64,000 bases of DNA from an uncultured marine group I thaumarchaeote (GTDB lineage Archaea > Thermoproteota > Nitrososphaeria > Nitrososphaerales > Nitrosopumilaceae). The DNA is taken from the NCBI GenBank assembly GCA_902514275.1, contig CABXQD010000002.1, positions 28,587 through 92,586 of the forward strand, written 5' to 3'. This document shows positions 27,997 to 37,688 of the stretch, piece after piece (position 1 is the first letter of the stretch; each line of letters begins with the position of its first letter). The position numbers and the translations under genes were made by a program. The notes under the pieces are model-generated. The model searched no databases. It was not told where the DNA came from and saw only the letters and a list, made by a program, of their open reading frames with translations.

Positions 27997-28944
27997 TTAA
28001 GAGGTTTTATTTAATTTTGAAAGTAGTGCAGCATAAATGAAAGGTAAAATTGTTGTTACTTCTGCATGTAAAGTGGATTGTCTTGCAATTTTTGTCACCT
28101 TCCCCCATGAAATTGCTTCTCTAACTAATGCCCCACTTAAACTTCCGTCAAATTCTTGAGCAGTTGTGATATAGAAAGCATAGTCTAGTCCTTCTCGGTA
28201 TTGATTCCACCATAATGTATGATGTTTAGAAATACCACCACCAATCATAAATGCTCCAGATTTTTCGGCTTTGAAAATATATTCTGAAAGTAAATCTGCA
28301 TCTCCAATTAAATTTAATTTAAAATCTCTGTGACTTTGTATAAACATCCAAATCTGACTTCCAACGGCACCATCCATAATTCCTGGAACCACTACACTAA
28401 CATCATTTTTGTTTGCCCAATGTAAAAATGAATCTTCTCCTAAATGTTTTCCAATCATTTTACAAATTTCTACAGTTGACATTTCCCTTACTCCATTTTT
28501 GTATTCTTCTTCAAGAAATGATTGCATTTTTTCTTCAATTAATGGACCATAGTTATCCATTGGAACTAACACATTTCCTAGTCTATGAATATTTTGATCT
28601 GCTAATTCGTTATCATCCATTGTGAATGATCCTTCGTTATAATGCGAATAGTGTTTTGCAATATCATGATCTAATGCACCGCAAGTAGTAATTGCTACAT
28701 CGAACCATTTGTTTTTAATCATATCTTTAATGATTCCTCGTAATCCAGTAGATACAACTGCACCCACAAATGAAACAAATTTCAAACATTTTTCATCCTC
28801 AATCATTTTAGTCAAAATATCCAATCCATCTGAAAGATTTACGGATTCAAATCCACCTGATTGGGATAATTCATCAAAAATTTTTTCTATTGATGTGTTT
28901 GAATCTATTTCAATATCTTTTACAGGACGACCTATCTCAACCAT
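27997..28944 (-). CDS. dys: Deoxyhypusine synthase
   Basis: STGLRG, HRLGNV, GGGISKHH, FDGSLSGA, EAISWGK (catalytic Lys). Confidence 0.95.
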   Translation of the reverse strand: MVEIGRPVKDIEIDSNTSIEKIFDELSQSGGFESVNLSDGLDILTKMIEDEKCLKFVSFVGAVVSTGLRGIIKDMIKNKWFDVAITTCGALDHDIAKHYSHYNEGSFTMDDNELADQNIHRLGNVLVPMDNYGPLIEEKMQSFLEEEYKNGVREMSTVEICKMIGKHLGEDSFLHWANKNDVSVVVPGIMDGAVGSQIWMFIQSHRDFKLNLIGDADLLSEYIFKAEKSGAFMIGGGISKHHTLWWNQYREGLDYAFYITTAQEFDGSLSGALVREAISWGKVTKIARQSTLHAEVTTILPFIYAALLSKLNKTS

Positions 28945-29114
28945 AGAGAATTTTTTGTCAGACTTCCTATAAATTTATTTTAAAAATAGAAATTTTCTGA
29001 AAGAACAAGAAATTTTTTGAGATTTTACTACATAAATCACTAATTTGGAGAAAAAATAGAAAATTAATGTTCAATATAACAAGATAAATTATACTCCTTT
29101 AGAGGAGATTCATC

Positions 29115-30161
29115 ATGAAAGTAGGAGTAGTAGGCGCATCAGGCTATGTAGGAGGAGAAACACTACGTCTTCTTGTCAATCACCCAGATGTTGAAATTGG
29201 CATGGTAACATCAAGACAACATGTTGGAGAGTATTTACACAGAGTTCAACCAAGTTTGAAGGGGTTCACAGATCTTACTTTTTCAGAATTAGATTATGAT
29301 AAATTAACCGATCAATGTGATGTGGTCTTTACAGCAGTACCACATGGAACTGCTACTGAAATTGTAAAAGCACTCTATGACAGAGGAATCAAAGTAATTG
29401 ATTTGAGTGCAGATTACAGATTACATCAACAAGAAGCATATGACAAATGGTATGGTTGGACACATCCACATCCAGATTATTTACCGAAATCAGTTTTTGG
29501 AGTTCCAGAATTACATAGAGAAGAAATTAAAAAAGCACAACTTGTATCATGTCCAGGTTGTATGGCAGTAACATCAACACTAGCACTTGCACCATTAATT
29601 AAAAATGACCTCATAGATACGGATCACATAATTGTAGATTCAAAAATTGGATCATCTGGTGCCGGTTCAGGTTCTGGTACAGCACATGCAATGCGTGCAG
29701 GAGTTATCAGACCATACAAACCAGCAAAACACAGACACACAGGTGAAATTGAACAAGAACTAAGTGAAATTGCAGGAAGAAAAATCAAAGTGTCAATGAG
29801 TCCACATGCAGTAGATGTGGTTAGAGGAATTTTATGTACAAATCACACATTTTTGAAAAAAGATATTGAACAAAAAGAATTGTGGAAAATATATCGTGAA
29901 GCTTATGGTGATGAAAAATTTGTCAGATTAATTAGAGATAAAAAAGGACTTTACAAATTCCCAGATCCAAAATTCTTAGTGGGTTCAAACTTTTGTGATA
30001 TTGGATTTGATTTCGATGAAGATAATAATAGATTAATTGCTTTATCCGCATCAGATAATTTAATGAAAGGTGCAGCAGGTTCTGCTATTCAAAACATGAA
30101 TGTTATGTGTGGTTTTGATGAAATGAGCGGATTAAGATATACTCCATTAACTCCTGTTTAG
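29115..30161 (+). CDS. lysY: LysW-aminoadipyl/glutamyl-phosphate reductase LysY/ArgC
   Basis: GASGYVG, DLSADYRL, PGC, HRHTGEI, DNLMKGAAG. Confidence 0.92.
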   Translation: MKVGVVGASGYVGGETLRLLVNHPDVEIGMVTSRQHVGEYLHRVQPSLKGFTDLTFSELDYDKLTDQCDVVFTAVPHGTATEIVKALYDRGIKVIDLSADYRLHQQEAYDKWYGWTHPHPDYLPKSVFGVPELHREEIKKAQLVSCPGCMAVTSTLALAPLIKNDLIDTDHIIVDSKIGSSGAGSGSGTAHAMRAGVIRPYKPAKHRHTGEIEQELSEIAGRKIKVSMSPHAVDVVRGILCTNHTFLKKDIEQKELWKIYREAYGDEKFVRLIRDKKGLYKFPDPKFLVGSNFCDIGFDFDEDNNRLIALSASDNLMKGAAGSAIQNMNVMCGFDEMSGLRYTPLTPV

Positions 30162-30163
30162 AA

Positions 30164-30967
30164 ATGATCACAATTAAAATCGGCGGAAGTGTTGTAGATG
30201 ATTTACATCCATCCACAATTTTAGATATTAAAGAAACTGCAGAATCAGAAGGCATCATTATTGTTCATGGTGGCGGAAAAGAAGTGACAAAAGTTTGTGA
30301 ACAATTAGGTAAAGAACCAAAATTTGTAACATCGCCAAGTGGAATCAAAAGCAGATATACAGATAAAGAAACTGCAGAAATTTTTACAATGGTAATGTCA
30401 GGTAGAATAAATAAAACAATTGTTCAAATGTTACAAAAAAATGGAATTAATGCAATTGGATTATCAGGAGTTGATGCAAAAGTCATAGAAGCAGATAGGA
30501 AGAAAAAATTATTGATTGTAAATGAAAAAGGTAGAAAACAAGCAATTGATGGAGGATATACAGGTAAAATTAAAAACGTAAATTCAGAGTTCATCAAATC
30601 ATTACTAAAACAAGGATTAACACCAGTAATTTCACCAATAGCAATAAGTGAAGAATCAGAATTTCTCAATGTAGATGGAGATAGAGCTGCAGCATATGTT
30701 GCAGGTAGTGTAGGAAGTGACAAAGTATTATTCATTACAAATGTGGATGGACTTTTAATGGATGATGAGGTGGTACCAAAATTGACATTAGCCCAAGCAA
30801 AAGAAATTAGACCAAAAATAGGTCCAGGTATGGAGAAAAAAATTCTAGCATCTACAGAAGCACTAGACATGGGAGTCAAACAAGCTTTTATTGCAAATGG
30901 TCAAAAAGAAAACCCTATTTCTTCAGCTATCGCACACGATAATTGTACGGTGATTGAACATGAGTGA
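30164..30967 (+). CDS. lysZ: LysW-aminoadipate/glutamate kinase LysZ/ArgB
   Basis: KIGGS, VHGGG, SRYTD, NVDGDRAA, GMEKK. Confidence 0.92.
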   Translation: MITIKIGGSVVDDLHPSTILDIKETAESEGIIIVHGGGKEVTKVCEQLGKEPKFVTSPSGIKSRYTDKETAEIFTMVMSGRINKTIVQMLQKNGINAIGLSGVDAKVIEADRKKKLLIVNEKGRKQAIDGGYTGKIKNVNSEFIKSLLKQGLTPVISPIAISEESEFLNVDGDRAAAYVAGSVGSDKVLFITNVDGLLMDDEVVPKLTLAQAKEIRPKIGPGMEKKILASTEALDMGVKQAFIANGQKENPISSAIAHDNCTVIEHE

Positions 30968-32135
30968 AGATCAACATATGGGAAATCTCTATCAGAGATT
31001 TCCAGTTACAATTGAAAAAGGTAAAGGAGCTCATGTTTGGGATATAGAAGGAAAAGAATACATTGATTGTATGGGAGGATATGGTGTTGCATTAGTTGGA
31101 CATCAAAATCAAAGAGTCAATAAAGCTATCAAAGAACAAGTTGATAAAATAATTACAGTTCATAGTTCATTATACAACAAAACAAGAGAAGAGTTTTTGA
31201 AAAAATTAATTGAAATAGCACCAGATGGATTAACACAAGTACATCTCAATAACAGCGGAGCAGAAGCAATTGAAGCTGCAATGAAATTTGCAAGAAAGTT
31301 TACAGGTAAAAAAGGAATGGTTGCAATGAAAGGATCATATCATGGAAAATCATTCGGAGCATTATCATTAACATTTAATCCAAAATATAGAAAAGCTTTT
31401 TCACCATTAGTTGAAAAAGTTTCTTTTGCATCATTTGGGGATATGGATTCACTTCGTTCCGTAATTGATGAAGACACAGCATGTATAATTTTAGAACCTA
31501 TTCAAGGAGAAAGTGGAATAATTGTTGCTCCAGACGGTTTCCTACAAGAAGTTAGAAATCTATGTGATGAAAAAGGAATTTTATTAATTTTTGACGAAAT
31601 TCAAGCAGGTTTAGGAAGAACAGGACGATTATGGGCAGGAGAACATTGGAATACAGTACCAGACATTTTATGTCTTGCAAAAGGAATTGCAGGAGGAGTA
31701 CCAATGGGTGCAACATTAGTTAGACCAGATATTTTAGCTGCCATAAGTAAAGGCGAACACTCATCAACATTTGGAGGAAATCCAATATCATGTGCAGCAG
31801 GAATTGCAGCACTAACATCAATTACAGAAGATGGTTTAATTGAAAATTCTAAGAAAATGGGAGAAATTTTTAGAGAAGGATTAGAAAAATTAAAAGAAAA
31901 ACATACCATGATCAGAGAAATTAGAGGAAAAGGACTAATGATTGGAATTGAAATGAAATTTGAAGTAAAAGATATTCTAATGGGATTAATTCAAGAAGGT
32001 GTTTTGATGCTATATTCAGGAAGAAATATTCTCAGAATATTACCACCATTAGTAATTAAAGAAGAAGACGTAACAAAAGTTTTACATGCTTTAGATATCA
32101 TAATAACAAAAGAGGAAGAAAAGAGAGATGTTTAA
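30960..32135 (+). CDS. lysJ: LysW-semialdehyde transaminase LysJ/ArgD
   Basis: NSGAEAIEAAMK, DEIQAGLGRTG, AKGIAGG, HSSTFGGNP; ATG 30960. Confidence 0.92.
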   Translation: MSEDQHMGNLYQRFPVTIEKGKGAHVWDIEGKEYIDCMGGYGVALVGHQNQRVNKAIKEQVDKIITVHSSLYNKTREEFLKKLIEIAPDGLTQVHLNNSGAEAIEAAMKFARKFTGKKGMVAMKGSYHGKSFGALSLTFNPKYRKAFSPLVEKVSFASFGDMDSLRSVIDEDTACIILEPIQGESGIIVAPDGFLQEVRNLCDEKGILLIFDEIQAGLGRTGRLWAGEHWNTVPDILCLAKGIAGGVPMGATLVRPDILAAISKGEHSSTFGGNPISCAAGIAALTSITEDGLIENSKKMGEIFREGLEKLKEKHTMIREIRGKGLMIGIEMKFEVKDILMGLIQEGVLMLYSGRNILRILPPLVIKEEDVTKVLHALDIIITKEEEKRDV

Positions 32136-32547
32136 AGATAAAATCGATGAAAGAATAATAGGATATCTAAAAGAAGATTCTAGAGAATCATTTGTAGATA
32201 TTGGTAAAAAATTAAAACTTTCAGAATCAGCTGTTAGAAGAAGAGTTAAAAATTTAGTAGATAGTAAAACAATTAATAAATTTACAATAGAATTAGGTGA
32301 AGAAAATGTTACAAGTGCAATTGTATTAGTTTCAGTAGATTCTGCAACAGATACATCTAAAGTATCACTGAAACTTGCAAAATTAGATGGAGTAAAAACA
32401 GTTTATGAAATTACAGGGCAATATGACATTACAACAATAATGAGTGCATCAAGTATTGCAGAAATCAACAATAGTATAGATGCATTAAGAAAAATTACAG
32501 GAGTAGTAGATACCAATACTGTAATTATTTTAAGAAAAATAATCTAA
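32128..32547 (+). CDS. lysM: Lrp/AsnC-family regulator LysM
   Basis: HTH LSESAVRRRVKNL, RAM domain YEITGQYD; inside the lys cluster as in Sulfolobus. Confidence 0.85.
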   Translation: MFKDKIDERIIGYLKEDSRESFVDIGKKLKLSESAVRRRVKNLVDSKTINKFTIELGEENVTSAIVLVSVDSATDTSKVSLKLAKLDGVKTVYEITGQYDITTIMSASSIAEINNSIDALRKITGVVDTNTVIILRKII

Positions 32548-32663
32548 AACGAGTTTCGGTTTAAAATTTTAATTCAAAACTAATTTAGGATCAATTAAAA
32601 ATATTTTCAACGAAAGTAGTACGAATATGTTTATATCATCAATTTTGTCTAACGAAATCAGTA

Positions 32664-33830
32664 ATGAAGGATCCGAATCACTATGCAGACATGTATAATT
32701 CATATGAAAAAAATCCAAAGAAGATTAGAGTATTGGATAGTACTTTACGAGAAGGAGAACAACATCCAGGTGTATCGTTTACAAATAAACAAAGGATTCA
32801 GATTGCATGGATGTTAGATTATTTCGGGGTTGATCAAATTGAAATATCACCAGTAGTATCAAAAGATCATCAAGAAGCCACTAAAACAATTATCAAACAA
32901 GGGTTAACAGCAGACATTGTCTCTCATGGACGTGCACTTAAAGAAGACATAGACATATCATTAGATTGTGATGCAAAATGGTGTGCAGCATATTTAGGAA
33001 TTTCAGATATACATCTAAAAGACAAGTTACGAATTTCTAGAGAACAAGCTTTGGAAAGAGCTGTAGAAACAGTAGAGTATGCCAAATCACATGGATTAAA
33101 AATTAGATTTACAGTAGAGGATGGCAGTAGAGCAGAACCAGAATTTTTACTTACTGTCTGCAAAGCTATTGAAGAAGCCGGAGTAGATAGAATTAGTCTT
33201 CCAGACACAGTAGGAATTCTACGACCAATTGGAATGTATAATTTTGTTAAGAAAGTTAGAGAGGTAGTAGATGTTCCATTGGATGCACATGTGCATAATG
33301 ATATAGGATTTGCTGTAGCAAATGCATTTTCAGCATGTGATGCAGGAGTAGATCAAATTCATACAACAATTGATGGAATTGGTGAAAGAACTGGAATACC
33401 ACCACTTGCAGAAGTTGCAGTAGCATTAACTTACTTGTACAAATCACCAAATGATTTTAGATTAGATATGTTGCTAGATTTATCTAAATTAATTGAAGAT
33501 TATACAGAAATTAAACCATATGATTCAAAACCAATTGTCGGATCATCAGCATACAAACACAAAGCAGGTACACACTTAGCAGCAATTCTTAGAAATCCAG
33601 CTGCCTATGAACCAATCCCACCAAGGGCAGTAGGGAATAGAAGAAGAATAGTATTTGGCGAATTAGCTGGAAAAACAGGTGCAGCCTATCTAATGTCACT
33701 ATTAGGATTAGAAAAAGACGACATAGGTGCAAAAGCAGTGGCATCAGGACTAAAGAATCTCAGAATGGGAGATCTAATTGAAATCCCACTCGAAGATAGA
33801 CTCGAAAAAAAGATTATTGAAGATAAATAA
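32664..33830 (+). CDS. Homocitrate synthase (DRE-TIM metallolyase)
   Basis: DSTLREGEQ, HVHND, GIGERTG, HKAGTH; no LeuA regulatory domain; lies in the aminoadipate cluster. Confidence 0.8.
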   Translation: MKDPNHYADMYNSYEKNPKKIRVLDSTLREGEQHPGVSFTNKQRIQIAWMLDYFGVDQIEISPVVSKDHQEATKTIIKQGLTADIVSHGRALKEDIDISLDCDAKWCAAYLGISDIHLKDKLRISREQALERAVETVEYAKSHGLKIRFTVEDGSRAEPEFLLTVCKAIEEAGVDRISLPDTVGILRPIGMYNFVKKVREVVDVPLDAHVHNDIGFAVANAFSACDAGVDQIHTTIDGIGERTGIPPLAEVAVALTYLYKSPNDFRLDMLLDLSKLIEDYTEIKPYDSKPIVGSSAYKHKAGTHLAAILRNPAAYEPIPPRAVGNRRRIVFGELAGKTGAAYLMSLLGLEKDDIGAKAVASGLKNLRMGDLIEIPLEDRLEKKIIEDK

Positions 33831-33852
33831 AGAGGAGAAATGAATAAGAAAT

Positions 33853-34020
33853 ATGGCAAAATGTGAAGAATGTGATGCAGATATCTCCATACCAAGTGAT
33901 GCACTTGAAGGGGAAATTGTAACATGTCCCGAATGTGGAGCAAGTTTTGAATTAGCAAAAGGTTCAGAAGGTTTCGATCTAAAGCCTGCCCAAACGGTTG
34001 GCGAGGATTGGGGACAGTGA
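33853..34020 (+). CDS. lysW: Second LysW carrier, lysine branch, ending EDWGQ (not in ORF track)
   Basis: MAKCEECDADISIPSDALEGEIVTCPECGASFELAKGSEGFDLKPAQTVGEDWGQ*; last codons GGA CAG TGA. Confidence 0.93.
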   Translation: MAKCEECDADISIPSDALEGEIVTCPECGASFELAKGSEGFDLKPAQTVGEDWGQ

Positions 34021-34859
34021 ATCCTGATGTTACTATTCTTTACGATTCCATACGTTGGGAAGAAAAAGCTCTACTAGAAGCAGGTAAAAAAAAAGGCATC
34101 AATATACAGATGGTTGATTGTAAAAAATTAGCTTTAGATTTAGAAAAAAAACCTGAAGATTATGGAGTAGTTATTCAACGATGTGTGAGTTACTATAGAA
34201 ATTTACATTCTACAGCAGCTCTTGAAGGATTAGGAGTTAAAGTAATCAATTGTCTAAATACAGGTGTCTTTGCAGGAAATAAATTATTTACACATATGTT
34301 ACTAAAAAAATTAGGAGTTCCAACACCAGATGCAACGGTTGCATTTTCAAAAGATGCAGCATTAGAAGCACTAGAAACAGGAGGATATCCAAGAGTGATC
34401 AAACCAACAGTTGGTAGTTGGGGAAGATTAATTTCGAAATTAAACGATAAAGATTCTGCAGAAGGAATTATTGAAAGTAGAGAAACAATGTATCCAATTT
34501 ATCAAATTCATTATTTAGAAGAATTTGTAAAAAGACCTCCAAGAGACATTAGAGCAATCATGGTAGGAGATAAAATAGTTGCAGCAATTTATAGAAAATC
34601 AGAACATTGGAAAACAAATATGGCATTAGGTGGAACTGCTGAACCATGCAAAGTTACACAAGAAATGGAAGAAATGTGTATCAAAGCAAAAAATGCAGTT
34701 CAAGGAGATATTGTAGGAGTAGATTTAATGGAAAGTGAAGAAAAAGGATTAGTGGTTCATGAAGTTAATAATACAACAGAGTACAAAAACACTGTAAGAG
34801 TATGTGATGTTGACATACCTGCTCTAATGCTGGATTATGCAATGAAAGTAGAAAGATAA
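34017..34859 (+). CDS. lysX: Alpha-aminoadipate--LysW ligase LysX
   Basis: IKPTVGSWGRL, HWKTNMALGG, EYKNT (LysX-type NS/NT signature); GTG start overlaps the lysW TGA. Confidence 0.87.
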   Translation: MNPDVTILYDSIRWEEKALLEAGKKKGINIQMVDCKKLALDLEKKPEDYGVVIQRCVSYYRNLHSTAALEGLGVKVINCLNTGVFAGNKLFTHMLLKKLGVPTPDATVAFSKDAALEALETGGYPRVIKPTVGSWGRLISKLNDKDSAEGIIESRETMYPIYQIHYLEEFVKRPPRDIRAIMVGDKIVAAIYRKSEHWKTNMALGGTAEPCKVTQEMEEMCIKAKNAVQGDIVGVDLMESEEKGLVVHEVNNTTEYKNTVRVCDVDIPALMLDYAMKVER

Positions 34860-34861
34860 AA

Positions 34862-35989
34862 TTGGACAATCATTTTACAGTTACACCAAGATTTGCAACA
34901 AAGATGTTAGAGAAAGCACTTAGATTGTACACACCATCACTTAGTGAAAAACCAATGGCAGAATTTTTAGCAGATAAATGCGATGATTTAGGATTTGAAG
35001 ATATACAAATTGATGAAGTAGGAAATGTCATTGCAAAAAAAGGATCAGGATCACCAAAAATTATGTTATGTGGTCATATGGATGTAGTTCCAGGAAAAGT
35101 AAAAGTCAGAACAGAAGGAGATTCACTATATGGTCGTGGAGCATCAGATGCAAAAGCACCATTAATGGCAATGTTATTTGCTGCAGCATCAATTGAGAAA
35201 AATCAAGGTACAGTGACTTTTGTAGGAGCTGTTGATGAAGAAGGAAATGCAATAGGGATTAAAAATATTGTAAAAAAAGAAATGGACATTGATTATGCAG
35301 TATTTGGTGAGCCAAGTGGAATCAAACAAGTTACAATTGCATACAAAGGCAGATTAGCAATTAATCTAAAAATCAGTGTTCCAGATAGTTCACATGCAAG
35401 TGCTCCATGGCTTTCAAAAAATGCAATTGAAGAATCAATAATATTTGTAAAAGAATTAAAAGAAAAACTAGAATCAAATCAAGAAGGAAAAACAAAAGGA
35501 ATGTTGCTAACTGCAACAATGACTGAAATTAAAGGAGGAACAAGTCACAATATAACACCAAAAGAATGTGAAACTCTTTTTGATATTAGAATTCCAGTTG
35601 ACATGAATTGTAAAGATATTGAACAAAAAATTGCAACATTAGTTCAAGAAATTGCCCAAAACAGAGAGGTAGAAGCATTTTATTCAATTCTAGATGAAAC
35701 TGAACCATTTGAGGCACCACATAATTCATCCCTAGTTCGGGCATTCACATTAGGAATTATGCAAGTAGAAAAATCAAGACCAACTTTAATTAGAAAAACA
35801 GGAACAGGGGACATGAATGTTCTAGGTAATCAATGGGAAATTCCAGTCGTAACATATGGTCCTGGAGATCCACATGAAGCACATACGATAGATGAAAAAG
35901 TGTCAATTAGTGAGTACCTTAAAGGCATAGAAATTCTCAAGGCAACTCTACAGCATTTAAAAAGACTACATGATAAAAAATTGCAATAA
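34862..35989 (+). CDS. lysK: LysW-lysine/ornithine hydrolase LysK/ArgE (M20)
   Basis: GHMDVVPG, GRGASDAK, DEEG, GEPS, KTGTGDMN, YGPGD..AHT.DE. Confidence 0.9.
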   Translation: MDNHFTVTPRFATKMLEKALRLYTPSLSEKPMAEFLADKCDDLGFEDIQIDEVGNVIAKKGSGSPKIMLCGHMDVVPGKVKVRTEGDSLYGRGASDAKAPLMAMLFAAASIEKNQGTVTFVGAVDEEGNAIGIKNIVKKEMDIDYAVFGEPSGIKQVTIAYKGRLAINLKISVPDSSHASAPWLSKNAIEESIIFVKELKEKLESNQEGKTKGMLLTATMTEIKGGTSHNITPKECETLFDIRIPVDMNCKDIEQKIATLVQEIAQNREVEAFYSILDETEPFEAPHNSSLVRAFTLGIMQVEKSRPTLIRKTGTGDMNVLGNQWEIPVVTYGPGDPHEAHTIDEKVSISEYLKGIEILKATLQHLKRLHDKKLQ

Positions 35990-37026
35990 TGTTATCGTTT
36001 GTAGGTTTAGGAATTTCAGGCTTTGAGTCTATTCCAATTGAAGGATTAGAGGCAATATCAAAAGCAGATATTGTGTATCTAGAACAATTTACTAGTCCAA
36101 TTGGAAAATCAGATGTGGATAAAATTCAAAATGCGACAAAAGGGGAATTCATACCAGCAAAAAGATGGTTAGTAGAAGACGGTAAGGAAATTTTAGATAA
36201 ATCAAAAGAAAAAAATGTCGTCCTACTAGCATATGGTGATCCGTATATTGCAACAACGCATATTGAATTACGAACTAGAGCAATTGAATTAAAAATAGAA
36301 ACACGTTCCATACATGCATCATCATCACTTACAGCTATGATAGGAGAATGTGGTTTACATTTTTACAAAGTTGGAAAAATTGCAACCATAATGAGTGAAA
36401 TGAAATCACTCACATATCCATACTATGTAATTTATAAAAATATCATAGAAGGTAATCATACAGTACTATTATTAGAATATAATCAAAATAAAGATTTTTT
36501 CTTAGATCCTAAAGATGCACTAAAGGAATTGCTAGAAACTGAAAAAGGTCAAGGAAGAAAAGTTATTACAGAATCAAGTTATGCTATTGTTGCTTCAAGA
36601 ATTGGTTTTAAAGATCAGACAATAATTTCAGGTAAAATATCCAGTCTAATACAAACAGATTTTGGAAAAGCACCACATACAGTAATCATTCCGGGTAGAT
36701 TACATTTTACAGAATCAGATGCATTAAAATTATTTGGCCAGTGTATAGATGAACCATTTGATAATTCTGAAAAAACAGAAAAAATTTCAAAACAAATGAT
36801 GGAAAAATATGTTCCAATGGTAAGAGAAGCTCTTGAAGAAATCATACCATATTATAAAAATCAAAAAGAATTTGAAGTAATTTTAGATAATGCAGAACTA
36901 TACATTGAACAAGCAGAGATATTTCTAAGTGAAGGTAGAGACGAAAATGCAATTTTGAGTATAGGATATGCGGATGGACTAGTTGATGCGTTAAGATTGG
37001 CAAAAGGCCTTGAATTTAAAATGTAA
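35989..37026 (+). CDS. dph5: Diphthine synthase with C-terminal DUF357-like helical extension
   Basis: VGLG, YLEQFTS, GDPYIATTH, GLHFYKVG, HTVLLLE, PHTVIIPG.LHFTE; tail AELY...A..F...G..E.A....GYADG.VDA. Confidence 0.9.
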   Translation: MLSFVGLGISGFESIPIEGLEAISKADIVYLEQFTSPIGKSDVDKIQNATKGEFIPAKRWLVEDGKEILDKSKEKNVVLLAYGDPYIATTHIELRTRAIELKIETRSIHASSSLTAMIGECGLHFYKVGKIATIMSEMKSLTYPYYVIYKNIIEGNHTVLLLEYNQNKDFFLDPKDALKELLETEKGQGRKVITESSYAIVASRIGFKDQTIISGKISSLIQTDFGKAPHTVIIPGRLHFTESDALKLFGQCIDEPFDNSEKTEKISKQMMEKYVPMVREALEEIIPYYKNQKEFEVILDNAELYIEQAEIFLSEGRDENAILSIGYADGLVDALRLAKGLEFKM

Positions 37027-37067
37027 AATTATCAATAAATTAAAGAGTAGGTCAAGGATTACAAGAA

Positions 37068-37688
37068 ATGTTGGAATTAATAGAAAAAACAATACTCTCA
37101 ACAATGTATGTATGCCAAATTAATGAAAAATTACCAATAGAGTCAATCAAAGAAAAAACTATGTTTTCAGATGAACAAATTAAAGATGAAATTAGTAAAT
37201 TAATAAAAAAAAATCTTGTCAATGAAGATAAAAAAACACTAACCGAAATGGGAAGAGACTCAATTCACATAGTACTTGCAGGTGGTGTTTTTGACATTAT
37301 TCATCCAGGTCACATTTCCACATTAAATGCAGCAAAAACATTAGGAGACGTACTAGTGGTGGTGGTAGCAACTGACAATACAGCCGTTAAAATGAAAAAA
37401 CGAAGACCAATTCATAGTCAAGAACAAAGACAAGAATTAGTTAATTCATTAGCAGTAGTTGATTTGTGCTTAATAGGACAAGAGAATGATATTTTTAAAA
37501 CAGTGAATCTAGTAAAACCACAAATTATTGCATTAGGGTATGATCAAATACATCAAGAACAATTCATTACAGAAGGATGTAAAAAAATAAAACTGGATGC
37601 AAAAGTTGCCAGATTACAATCACCAATTCCCGAAAGCTCAAGTTCTAAAATAGAAAAAGAATATGGAGAATCTATTCACGGAATCTAA
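37068..37688 (+). CDS. ribL: FAD synthetase (cytidylyltransferase fold) with N-terminal wHTH-like segment
   Basis: GGVFDIIHPGH, VVVATD, IALGYDQ, SSSKI; next to ribK. Confidence 0.8.
   Translation: MLELIEKTILSTMYVCQINEKLPIESIKEKTMFSDEQIKDEISKLIKKNLVNEDKKTLTEMGRDSIHIVLAGGVFDIIHPGHISTLNAAKTLGDVLVVVVATDNTAVKMKKRRPIHSQEQRQELVNSLAVVDLCLIGQENDIFKTVNLVKPQIIALGYDQIHQEQFITEGCKKIKLDAKVARLQSPIPESSSSKIEKEYGESIHGI

Noticed and set aside
34008-34016. TTG start for lysX given by the ORF track
   Set aside because: It lies inside the lysW2 EDWG codons; GTG at 34017 overlapping the TGA is the typical coupled start
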